This document shows, one piece after another, positions 11,306 through 22,940 of a stretch of DNA of 64,000 nt (within the stretch, counting starts at the first letter, position 1; each line of letters opens with the position of its first letter). This DNA comes from Marsupella aquatica (Eukaryota > Plantae > Marchantiophyta). The notes under the pieces are model-generated. The model was given only the letters and a program-made list of their open reading frames with translations, did not search any database and was not told the DNA's origin. The stretch spans positions 1,116,860-1,180,859 of the forward strand of contig OZ316893.1 in NCBI GenBank assembly GCA_973895155.1, read 5' to 3'. A program made the position numbers and the translations under genes.

Positions 11306-13879
11306 CCACAATTCGTGACAACATTCTTTCGCTCTAGGTACTTATCCTAAAATCAGACACAATACATACGGGCAGCGGGCAGCACTAACAAGGTAATCAA
11401 TGCGGATTAACATTAATTATCCTCGAGATTGAGTTTCGTCCTTAATATGATTATCACGGTATGCAGGGGTGTCCATGGAAGTCCTGCGCACGTAGTCTTG
11501 CGAGACCAACCAAAGACTTCATGGGCCCAGTCGAAGTCCTCTGCACACTCAGTGTTGCGAGGCCAACCAAAGACTTGATGGCCCCCTCAGGGAACAAACC
11601 CCTGACGAGGCACAGGGCCAGGTTCCATGGGCCAGGGGCAGGGAGTACAATCACTCCCTCTGACACCCCCTCGGGCCCAAATACACCCTATACCAAGGTG
11701 TACACATTATTTTAAATGTAAGAGTTTTGACCTAAACTGCCACTAACCATATAAAATATATATCACACTGCACAAAGGCAGAAACTGCCTAACCAGGAGA
11801 CAAGCTCCCAAAGGCAAAACAACCAAATGAAGGGGAGCAAAAGAGGGGAAATGGCCCCATATAAAAGGGAAAAAAGGGGGAAGTATCCAAGATTCACTTT
11901 ACTATCATTTTTCTCCTCTCCCATTCCATATTGCCCCACAAATTGAGGAAATGATACTATTTATGGTGAACCAGGTTTTTGTCATGGCTAGTGGTGGTTT
12001 AGGAGCCAATGAGAATGTCATGTATTACTCCTATAAGGGGCAAGGTGTACCCCTGAAAGGGAGTATGAGGAAAAATGATACTCCTTACTTCAGTATTAGT
12101 ACACCCCTCGGTCTCTGGAAAAGTTGCAATCTTATTGGCTTAAACATTCTGACACAGATCCATACTTCTCTCTCCCAGCCCCATGGAACCCAGCCCTCAG
12201 GAGGGCCCTTCTTTTAAAAATGGACTTGTTAGTCCCAGCCCTGGCACATTCCGGTCTCAGTAGTTGGATGGTTCCTAAAACTTTTGGTAGTTGACTCCCT
12301 GAGTCCTTTGGGTGGAGGGCATGAGCCTAGCCAGAAATGTTTGAATTTGCACTAGAGTGTCTCAACAGAGCCCTTCCCCGGTGGTTTTAAGCCCTATGAG
12401 TTGGGTAGTGGGACAGATTTCTGCAATCCCCCCATGGCAACTGCCATTAAGTGGAACAGTTAGGACACCCTTGTACACACACCGCCTCGGTGCCCTACTG
12501 ATGCTAAGTTAATGGTGTCGCGAGCTTACAATTGTTGGGGTCAGCCTAAGGGTGATTCTAAGTCTGAACACCCAATGCAACTAAAATACATTTTCAAACA
12601 ATTATATCTTGATGGCTGGGATATGTTTGATGTGCACAATAGAGTAAGAAGTTGTCTTTTATGATGTCAAGTTCTGCTGCACACTAGATTACGAGGTCAT
12701 ATTCTCTAAGAATCTGGACACGTGTTTTAAGTTTAAGAAAGCACTTTCAGGAGTGTCTAGAGGAGTTCTTAACTAACACTTTCATTCCTTCAATATTATT
12801 CTTTTTGTAGTTTTCTATTGTTTGCCTAGTACAGCCTTTGGGGGCCTGGTTGGTCTCCGTGGGGTCTCTCCCTCTTCTTCTTTGACATTTAAACTGAAAT
12901 GTATCAAAAGCTGAATTTTGAAATATGATGAAACTATTGACAGTTTGAAGTTGAATGTTGAGATGTGTCTAAGTATCGTCTGTTTCATATTATGTTATAC
13001 ATTCTCTAATTTTTCAATAAAGGTAATTTATGCCCAGTTTACAGGGCTCATTGTTTCTTAATTTTTCCCCCAATTATGCTCTAATGGTTTTCTTTTTTCT
13101 TTCTCATGGAGCCCACCACCCAGTCCTTGGAAATATGCCTGTCACACAAGTCATGGAAGACATTTGAACTCATGATCCACTGATTACACTCAAATGTCTT
13201 GATCACTATACTATTGGAAACCACTTACTAATAAATCTTGCTTGGAACTTACTAATAAATCTTGATATTGACATCTACTGTAATTAGTTCGTGGACCCCA
13301 GTCATTGCAATAAATTTCTCCAGAAATGTGTTGTTTGGACTGCTTGTAAATGTATGATAGCCAATGTTCCTCTTACATTGTAATCCCTAAAGCTAAATGC
13401 ACAGAATCTCCAATGGTCCTTTACTGGAACTCAATCTTAAACAGGGGGCTGTACATCACCAATGGAGTCCGGAACATGGCAGGTGACCCATTCTCTGTGC
13501 GACCTTGGCTCACAATGCACACCTCGAAGTCCGAAGCATAACTGGTTTCCTTCGTGATCAAATCAACGCACAGTTTTATTGAGTTCCAATCTTCTGTCTT
13601 TGCTTCATTAGATTTTGTTACAATTGACACTGTCTTAAGCTTCAGATTCCACAATGAGTTTGTACTCCTACGTCTCGACAATCTTCACGATGTTGAATGT
13701 CCCCTTTGGTAGAACTCGTTGTGTTTAGGGTGACTTCCTAAGCAATGAGATTTCAGAATACTTCTCTTGCTTAGTACTAAATGCAGAGTTGGTTAGGGTT
13801 GCCATAATTTTGGCAACCATCGTAATTGTTGTGAATATTCAACTATTTATTATTTATTTCATGTTTTTACTTAATAAGG

Positions 13880-14095
13880 AGAAAAGGTAACTAAAACTGT
13901 TATGTCAAATAAAAGTACATTATGTTTTACGTCATGGCGCCCTAAATGTTACCCAGAACTTGCCACAAACATAAAAGGAGGAGTTATTTTAATTTGGAAA
14001 CATATATGTTCTTGTTTGCAGCACGCCATGATGACACGCGCGCTGTGTAGTCTCAAATTTTGAAAAGGACCTCTAATGGGGTCCGTAAATAGATC
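13880..14095 (+). repeat. Dispersed repeat shared with 22200-22445
   Basis: Both copies share gtaactaaaac.gtt ... cgctgtg ... attttg.aa..gacctcta.tggggtcc.taa. Confidence 0.55.
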
Positions 14096-15412
14096 TCTAT
14101 ATTCTATGTGATATCATGTCATCCTAAATACTAAGTTGGATAATGATAGTACTAAAGTTACTTAAAGTCAAGTGTGGTGAGTGTGTTTACCTTACTCCAC
14201 TCACGCTAGTAACTGCTTTTTTTTCTTTTCTTTTTCAGGTCACACTAACCATTTCATTTTGCTAACAATCTCTTGTATAACAGTGTACAAAAAATGGATC
14301 ACAACAATACAAAATTAAGGTGAGTGAAAAACCTTTGGCAATTTACCCAAGAAGGGGTTGAATTTTAGTTTGCGCTCTTGTAATCTGGATTTCTGTGCAC
14401 CCCTAGACCATATCTCAAATTCTAGACTACCTTGGTGTGCTCTAGGTGTCAGCTAGGATCTACCTACTACACCAGGGCCCCACCTCCTTGCTTCAGGGCG
14501 CCCATAAGAGAAGAAATAAAACGGCAAAAACCAAAAAGGAAAGAAAAAGAAATTAAAAGGCAAAACAAAAATAGAAAGCAAAAGAAAAAGGCAAAAGAGA
14601 AATACAAAGCAAAAGAAATTGGAAAAGAGAAACAAAACGCAGAAGAACACGGCAGAGCATAAAGGCATACCAAGACAAAAAAAATAAAAATGTAAAGCCT
14701 TCCTGTATCACAGACCAAGAGAATTTAAGTTTAATTCTTATAGCTTGATATAAACAAACTTAACTATTTTATAGTTTTGGGGATATGTTAGAAGAGTAGG
14801 TAAGCTACACTTCCTGTAAAGTGACATTTAACTTTAGCCGTTTAGGTTGAGTTTCTCATCTAGGATTGCCCATGGGTAACTTTGATTATATTAATTCTCT
14901 TTGTGTTATATGACTACTTGGGTTTGTGGGTTTTTATGTGTCCTCCTTCTCTAGTTGCCTTGTAATTGCAAAAATATTTTCATGATTCATAATCATCTAG
15001 TGATGGACCCCAAACTCCCACTGACAGCCAAAATGTGGTCCATAGGAGCAATGTGTCCAACATGGTGTTCCATCCTGGTTTCAGTTTTCAAACCCAAAAA
15101 AAGGGGAAAAAAACTAAAAAACTAGAAAAACAGTCATTCAAGTGCATCTTCGTCCAGGTTGAGTCAGCCGGACGTAAACTGGAATTTGCGTCAGGAAAAA
15201 TTTCGGGATATGTCCGGTGTGTTCCCGGATGTAATCGTGGTTTGCGTCCGGGAATACACCGGACGTATTCGAAACCCTTCTGCTTCGTTTATGAGTTCTG
15301 AATCTCTCTCATTTCGCGTTTATAAGTTCTCATTCGCAACGATAGATTTCTCATTTCCGCAGGAAAGTGAAGTTTTGTGGAATCGTTCTGAAAGGATTGT
15401 CGATCTCTGGCG

Positions 15413-15844
15413 ATGTCGTATAACAATGTAATTGGGGGGAAGCTGAATCTGAAGGGGAAGGCTCTGGACGTGAAGGGCGGAGGGGCAAAGAAGAAGAAAG
15501 CGAAGAATAAAGTGTCGCTGGAGCAAAAGTTGCTCCTGCTTCACAGCAATCACGACGAGGCCGAAGGGTTGGGGTCGGAATCGACGAAAGAAGGAAGTAG
15601 ATCGCTTCACGGGAGCGATGGGGAAGAAGAACAGGGCGAAGGCGGACACGACGGGCGGATTGCAACTTACGAAGATCACCGAACGCCTGCCGAAAAGGTC
15701 TACGACGAGCAGAGAACCAGGTTGGAGATGAAACGTCTTGCGAAAGTGGCCAGTAAATCGCATAGACAGAAGATTGAAGAGTTTAATCAGTATCTAGCCA
15801 ATCTCAGTGAGCATTATGACATTCCGAAGGTTGGACCGGGTTAA
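15413..15844 (+). CDS. FAM32A: FAM32A/DUF1754-family small nuclear protein, 143 aa
   Basis: N-terminal GGKLNLKG followed by a Lys run; C-terminal RTPAEK...KSHRQKIEEFNQYLANLSEHYDIPKVGPG is the conserved family tail. Confidence 0.9.
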   Translation: MSYNNVIGGKLNLKGKALDVKGGGAKKKKAKNKVSLEQKLLLLHSNHDEAEGLGSESTKEGSRSLHGSDGEEEQGEGGHDGRIATYEDHRTPAEKVYDEQRTRLEMKRLAKVASKSHRQKIEEFNQYLANLSEHYDIPKVGPG

Positions 15845-15919
15845 TTGTCGCGCCGAAGCACTTCTTTTAGGTTTTCTATTCGGAAATCAGATGACATATT
15901 TCTTTTTCTGCTGTCCATG

Positions 15920-16038
15920 GACAAAAGATTGAAGGGTTTAATCAGTATAGAACCAATCTCAGTGAGCATTATGACATTCCGAAGGTTGGACGGAGTTAAT
16001 TGTCGCGCCGAAGCACCTCTTTAGAAATCAGATGACAT
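15920..16038 (+). pseudogene. Tandem duplicate of the FAM32A 3' coding end and stop region
   Basis: Near-identical to 15764-15898 (aagattgaag.gtttaatcagtat...gacattccgaaggttggac...ttaattgtcgcgccgaagcac). Confidence 0.85.
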
Positions 16039-16704
16039 TTCTGTGGTCCTTGTACATTTTTTTTACACTTCATCAGTGAAACGAGTGTGTGATACGATTT
16101 ATTGCTTTGTTGTGCATTTTGTGTATTTGGTCATTTTCAGCCTTCGAGCTCCGACTTTACCTCATGTGAATTGTTGAGTTGAATCTTCCCGCTTGGCTTA
16201 AAAGGGCTTTGAGTGTTCTGATTCGCGCCAGCCCCTTGGATGCGCGTGATGCATAGCATTGGATATTTTAGGTCATGTCGAACCTTTCAGTGTGTAGCAA
16301 GTGAAGCGTCAGCAGTCTTTAGGGCGGTGTTGCCAAAATCAAATAAGACTGTTTGTCAGGTGGTTTAATTTGAGAGTTCCCTTGATTGAGCAACTGAGGT
16401 TTATGAACTGACTTGGAAGCCACTGTCTCACAAGTAGTTACCACAATTCTTGGAAACCTGTCTACGAGGAATTCTCCAGAGTTGACAGCAGCACCTCCCA
16501 GAGAGCATTTCTCTAGGGACATTAAGTCAATTGACGAGCGCAACTGCTCTATTGTAGCGAGACAGACGATGAGGTTGGGTCGAGGGCAACAGACTATATT
16601 TCAGTGGCTTTTTTGAAAAGGTACGTCATGATGCAAATTTAGCCCACCCATGGTAATTACCTCGTCGTGTTGGAAAGGATTTTGTGATGTGAACTCTGCA
16701 ATTG

Positions 16705-17210
16705 AGTCCAGTTTACTGTTAAGAGTGCTTCTCGGTGGAAGTGGTTGTTAAGAACCTTGAGGCAAATAACTAGAGAAAAATCACAGAAGTGGTGATGCCT
16801 GTTCCGGAAATATTTGGGAGAGTTGTTCTCAGCTGCACAAATAACACTGGACGCCTGCGAGCTCTGGCTGCATTCCATTTTACTGTTAACAGTGCTTCTC
16901 GGTGGAGGTGTTTGGGCTGTTGGGAACCTTAGAGGCAAATAACTAGAGAATATGCACAGTGATGCCTGCACGGAAATATTTCGGAGAGTTGTTCTCAGCC
17001 GCACAGATAACTCTGGACGCCTGCGAGCTCTGGCTGGATTCCAGTTTACTGTTAAGAGTGCTTCTCAGTGGAAGATTTTGGGTTGTTGGTAACCTTGAGG
17101 TAAATAACTAGACAATAATGACAGAAGTAGTGATGCCTGCCCGGAATTTTTTCGGAGAGTTGTTCTCAGCTGCACAAATAACTCTGGACGCCTGCCAGCT
17201 TTGGCTGCTT
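16705..17210. repeat. Tandem repeat, 3 x ~167 bp
   Basis: Unit cca.tttactgttaa.agtgcttctc...ggagagttgttctcagc.gcaca.ataac.ctggacgcctgc starts at ~16708, ~16876 and ~17041. Confidence 0.9.
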
Positions 17211-18099
17211 TGCGTAAGCGATCTGAATGTCTCTAATTAGAGGTCGTTGTCAGGGAAATTATATATTGATTACTGTCCCCTTAGGTGCGACTGTAAACTC
17301 ATTCGCTGCTCATGGTAGGATGTAAACGAATTCAATACGAACGGTTGGGTAGACTGGTATGCTGAACAATCGAAGGAATTGACAGGGCTGGTGGTGACGG
17401 GGGCGTAAGTGCCAGTAATGCACCTGGTAGGATGCCCACGTTCAGTAGGAAGTGCAGGAGAAAGCTGTTGAGCTGGACAATTGATTTCATTGACAGGGCT
17501 GGTCGGGAAGGGGAATGATTTGCCTTCATTGGTGCCGATGTATATTTACTACGCGTTATACCATGCACAATTCCACTGCAAATCTGGGCAGCAAAACAAA
17601 GTCTTGGGCTTACTCAACAGTCTACCAAGTCAGGATCTGGAAGCGCTGTGGTGTTGATGTTGCTTCAGTTCAAGATTTGAGGGCAGATTAAGAAGGATCA
17701 AGAAAAACAGTCTTGATGAGAAAGCTGAAGCGATATATTAAACTTCTGAAACAGCACGAGGAGTTTCAAATAATGGAAAGCTTCCAGGTAACATTTCCTC
17801 ATGCAAACAAGGAGCGCCAGGGCACTTTAGTACAAAACTACTTCACACAGTCAAAACGCAAGAAACAGAGGCTGTCTCTGGACCTTTCAGAGATGATCCT
17901 GAAAATGCAATATGACCAGAGGTTGTGCTGTATCAAACATTAATTGCTCTAGGGTACAAATCTTATCACCAGCTTCCTGAGTCATAGAACTCGGTGGGCA
18001 AATGTAGCTCTATCCGTTCAAAGAATGAGATGGTGTCATAGATGTATACGTAACGTTCGTTGCAGTTATTTCAGTGGGTGGTAATCAGTAAAATTTATG

Positions 18100-20060
18100 T
18101 TATTACCATCCCCGTTTACCTACCGAGATAAGATAGTCATGGTATCGACACCACCGAACACCACCACGTGGTCTCTGCCACATCAGAGTGTGAAAGGGGC
18201 TAGACCCCTCACAAATGTAGCACAAGTATATTCCTCGGATTTCAAATGTTAACTCAGAAGCTCCAAGTAGAAATAGTAGAAATGGGATATTCGCCACCAG
18301 TGATCCTCTACATCTCAACATGTTTTCTCGCTGACAACTACTGGTTTGCAAATTTCACAAGATATCGAAATAATAACTTCACGGAGCTGGATTTTGGACA
18401 GAAAAAAACGAGTACTGTGCAAGACCAGCAATTGCCATTGTACCCGTCTTTCCAACTAATGTTATCAGTAAAACTACTGTTGGCCCGTAAGAATGATATG
18501 GAGTGAACACTAGGCCGAGACAAGAAGCCATACAATTTAATTTGTAAACCTACAGTAGATTTGGAAGCTAAATCCAGAATGTGGAGGGGGTCAAAGTGTT
18601 TGCAAATTGCCTTCAAAGGATGAACGTTTTGACTCCTATCGCTTGCAGGTTTGTAATGAGTGCAAATTGAGAAATGGACACTTTTGTGTAATAACTTCAC
18701 GCCGCACCGTGGTGGCAATGGGCATTGATACCAAATCATCCCGAGCACATATACGCCGTAATGAGTTCTCCAAAGAGTCTAATTTTGACTCGGAACCTTT
18801 AGAAATATTTTGTAGAACCAGAGCTTAGGCTCGCTGGCTTTAAGAAAGTGGTTCTACAAGGTGGTGTAACCTTCATGTCGATAGCAGTAACTCTAGTCTG
18901 TTTGCTCAGCCTCTGCAGAGGCGTAACGATTCCAAAGGTCGTCCAATCCTATAGTGAAAGCACTCAACCTGTCACCTTAAAACTTAATGTCTGGGGTCCA
19001 AGTGCCTTGTACGCTAGGCCTAAATGTCACATGCCTGGTACTCAGCTTCACCACCTTACGGCCTGTAGAATTTCGAAGGCGCATGGCCTGCTGAAGTATC
19101 TCATCAACGTTTTTATTCTTGATGTCCACCACTCTTTCATTCTTATTTGCTGCACAGAAAGTATCATTGTCACAATTCCTCACATCCACCACCACCCCTT
19201 CAGCCTCACAGAACCCTCAAAAGACACTAGTGTCTACCCTACTAAACTAAGAGAACTCTCCAAGGCAGATGTAGGACTGACCTATCTAGACAAGATTGAA
19301 ATCCAGAAGCCAAAAACACTGCATACCACAAAATATCTCATCTGCTAAATCAATGCCTTACCAAAATATCCTTTGAAATGCGGATGATGGCCTCGGAGGA
19401 GCTCCGTTACAACTTCCAATTGAGGGTTGTCGCTCTTGAACTTCGGCAGCGAAATGTCCACAAACTCTCTGCGGACACGAACACGCGACCCAGATTTAGG
19501 GTTCATATTCCAACTTACAGACGAGAGAGATTGCCAAACGACTCCTCGATCGTATACCTTCACGAGAGAGTGATGCACATCTCCACATTTGCCGAATGAA
19601 CTCACACCGAAATCCGGACACCAAACATCACTAAGAGAATTTATGTGCAGGCCACCCATGAGACGAAAATACGAGTTGCTCACGCTCAAAGGCGAAAGAA
19701 ACGCTGGATAAGCGAAGGATCAATAATGGGTCAGATCAATAATAAACTTGGGAAAAAGAGGGGGCATTGGCATAGAGATCCGATCGAACCTGGCACCGCG
19801 GCTGCTCCCAGAGTAATCGCACAAGTAGAGCACGAGTTTTTTCAATTGCCAGACTCCCCTGATCGCCATCTCCACGCCTCCCCAAGGTTCTCTATTTCTA
19901 CCAGCATTTGATTGACAGATCAACTTCTCAACAGGCTCAAGATCACCCCAACCCAACAATCCTGGTCCCAATTCACCATATCAGACAATCCAATCACGCG
20001 AGCTGAACCTTGAAATCTAACATGACAGGGAAACCCTAAACTCCCACGCTTTGATAACAG
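18100..20060 (-). mobile_element. Highly decayed LTR retrotransposon internal region (tentative)
   Basis: PBS-like tgttatcaaagc on the minus strand at ~20048-20059, followed by broken ORFs; no intact domain was readable. Confidence 0.3.
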
Positions 20061-20097
20061 AGCAATTTGCCATTAGTTAGAAACCAGGGTACAGGTA

Positions 20098-21700
20098 TCA
20101 GTGTCTAAGTGCACGTGTCTAAGTGCAGGCTCCTGGGAAGCCACCCCAAACCTGCCCTTATCCAGTTATGCTAGGGTATCATTTATGTCATCAGTGCAAG
20201 GGGATCATTTATGCATTTCTTCATATGTGCATTTTCCCCATATGTGCATGTTGTTAGGGTTATGCTAGGGTATCATTTATGTCATCAGTGCAAGGGAATC
20301 ATTTATGCATTTCTTCATATGTGCATTTTCCCTATATGCGCATGTTGTTAGGGTTAACTCTAGTTTGGGTTCACTCCTAGTTAGTGAGGCTAAACTGTCA
20401 TTAGGGTGTTAATGGTGATTAGTTGCGATTCTTGCATCTAGCATATAAAGGGGCTAGGGATAGCTCTCTTCTTGGATACTCATGTTCATTGCTGAGAGAA
20501 CTAGTAAGATGCGTTGGGAGGAGAGCTTGTATAAGAAATATTTGTGTGGCCATGGTGACCAAAGTTTAGTAAAGGGTTTGTTGTTCTCGTGTATGTAGCC
20601 TTTAGTGGAGGTCAACCACATATCTAGTGATGTTGCTTTGTGCATGCTTGCTAGTTGTGCTCATGGTTTTGTTATGCAGGCTCCTTGGAAGCCACCCCAA
20701 ACCTGGACTTCTCCAGGTTATGCAAGGGTATCATTTATGTCATCAGGGCACGGGTATCATTTATGCATTTATCCATATGTGCAGGTTGCACTTTCCAATA
20801 AGTGGCATGTGAAATTGCTTATGCACTTTCTGCAAGTGTTGTCAGGTCATATGCATCGGACTCCTCATACCGATAATCCTGTAGTGCATAATTCAATTGG
20901 ATAAGTGCATGAAACTAGCATGTGTAGTTGCCCCCTGCACTTATCAATAAATGCTTCTAACATGTGTTGGCCTAATTGATAATGCATGTGCACTCTTATA
21001 GGCAGAAATGCATTTATGTATTGTAGTTTAGTGATGTCAACCTGCACTTACAGATGGTGCATTTTTGTTGCATTTACAAAGAAAAAACACTGTAATGTTA
21101 GGGGACTACACAACCAACCTGCAGTTACCCACGGAATGCACTTATACATGGTGCACTTATGCACTGTAGACTGTACAATTAACTCTCTCAAAGGGCACAC
21201 TCTCAGGGAAGATGGATGCCTCATGCACTAAACCAGGTGTTCCATTCTTTGATAGCACACACGCCCTAATAAGTGCACTTATTGATAAGTGCACTTGATT
21301 AACATTGTTTTGTTAAAGGTGTAATGGGGTCCGTCAATGCGCAGCCTTTTAACTGTATCCCTGCCCTATTTCTGTGCCCAAACTCACTTAGTGCATTTTT
21401 AACTCTACTAAGAATGGGCATGCACTTACTGATAAATGCAAACTTATGAGATTGTGCATTTACCAGTAAGTGCATATAGACACTTATTGAGGGTAAGTGC
21501 TTGTCAAGTTGTCATTTAGCAAAATGATTCAAGACTTGTGTGGCCTCAGAAAAGATGCATGAAAAGTGCTTATTTTGAGTGAAATAAAAGGGACGGACAG
21601 GATTCCTTGCACTTAACCAGGTAATGCACTTATGAAGTGTGCACTTATACAGAGCGGACTGTAAACTCTGGAGCGGCAGCAAGTTTATCCTTTCTTGCAG
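20098..21700. repeat. Region dense in TGCACTT/AAGTGCA motifs, probably a non-autonomous DNA transposon with subterminal repeats
   Basis: Many copies of the heptamer in both orientations plus local duplications (20125-20345 vs 20676-20790). Similar clusters lie at 22610-22750 and 51550-51960. Confidence 0.5.
20346..20670 (+). mobile_element. Truncated solo LTR related to 46718-47061
   Basis: Starts TGTTAG, has a TATA-like tataaa, and shares ctcgtgtatgtagcc...gtggaggtcaaccac with the reverse complement of the 46.7-kb LTR. Confidence 0.55.
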
Positions 21701-22773
21701 TGGCAAATGTACAGTGTGTGAAGGGGAAATCCAAGAACACTCCTTATTTAATTTTACTAGATTAATTTTCAATAGTCATATGACCCTAGATCTAAGGATA
21801 ACAGTCAGATTCTGTTTTCCTAGCCGTCGATTGTGTTGATTTTACGATCTTTGCAGTCCATTTTGTAATGCCTCTAGAAATCTTATCCATCCATGTTAGA
21901 AGGCAATCTAGGGTGCAAAAGAAAGATTTCAATGAGATCTACGACTGTGTATTTTTATTTTGAGAATAAGTAAATAGTTTTGAGTATAAAATTCAATGAA
22001 CTTTCAAGATTCCAGCCATTCCTCCTCCCTGATCCTGGGTTTCTATGTGCTCTTCCCAACATTAATGGCCGTACAATACGAGAGGTCCTTACATACCGGG
22101 AGTTGCGGTTTAACAAGGAAGTTATCAAGTTAGTTATTAGTCATTATTTATTATATGAGAAATACTTTTTAGAAATCTTTGTTCTTAATTTTTAAAATTG
22201 GAAATGTAACTAAAACGGTTACATAGTGACAATTTTAGCCGTCTTGCTCTTTGCATTTCCAATGTTTTTACTTTTCTTTTTACGGCACGGCATCCCAAAA
22301 TTTACACCCAAATTGACACAAACACAAATGAAAACTATAAGTTTGATTCACAAAACCGACGAGTCTTGTTTGTTGCGGTTATTGTTGACGTGGCACGCTG
22401 TGGTGCCAGGAATTTTGGAAGTGACCTCTAGTGGGGTCCATAACAATACATTCATGAAATTTTGCACTGGGAAGAAATTAAACTCATTGGTTCATCTTAT
22501 TAAAAAATATTGTTATTTATGAAAGATGATTGCACTAATCAATGCAGGGATTACAATTTAAATCATGTCATGTTTTTGTGAGACTCTTATTGTGAGAATT
22601 TCACTTAGGAAGGTTGCACTTATAAAGGTTCTATGTATTAATGTTTTTGCCAGACAAATATTCTTGCACTTATGACTGTTGCACTTGTTGAGGTCTCCAG
22701 TGTATTGGATGGAAAGGTGGGTTAGAGTTTACTTGGGATGGTTGCACTTGTCAAAGTCACTATACTGAACATT

Positions 22774-22940
22774 AGGGTGTCTCAAACCTGTAGAGCAGTC
22801 AAAAACCTCTAGCCCGAAAGTACCAGTTTAAGTATTCAATCATGAGTGTGCAGACAAGCTTTTTTGTGTCCGCCACTTTTGCTTTGGGAAAACTACCTTG
22901 AACATGGCTGGAGGCAAAACTCACAAGTTTGAGACACCCT
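22774..22940. mobile_element. 167-bp MITE with Harbinger-type termini
   Basis: Perfect 14-bp TIR AGGGTGTCTCAAAC / GTTTGAGACACCCT. Left flank is ATT and right flank is AAA, so the TSD is imperfect. Confidence 0.75.

Noticed and set aside
14432-14718. Lys-rich and Phe-rich ORFs
   Set aside because: A-rich low-complexity DNA.
16705-17210. CRISPR-like array (also 35500-36190, 44975-46085, 60400-60810)
   Set aside because: Whole units are repeated without unique spacers, there are no cas genes, and the context is eukaryotic.
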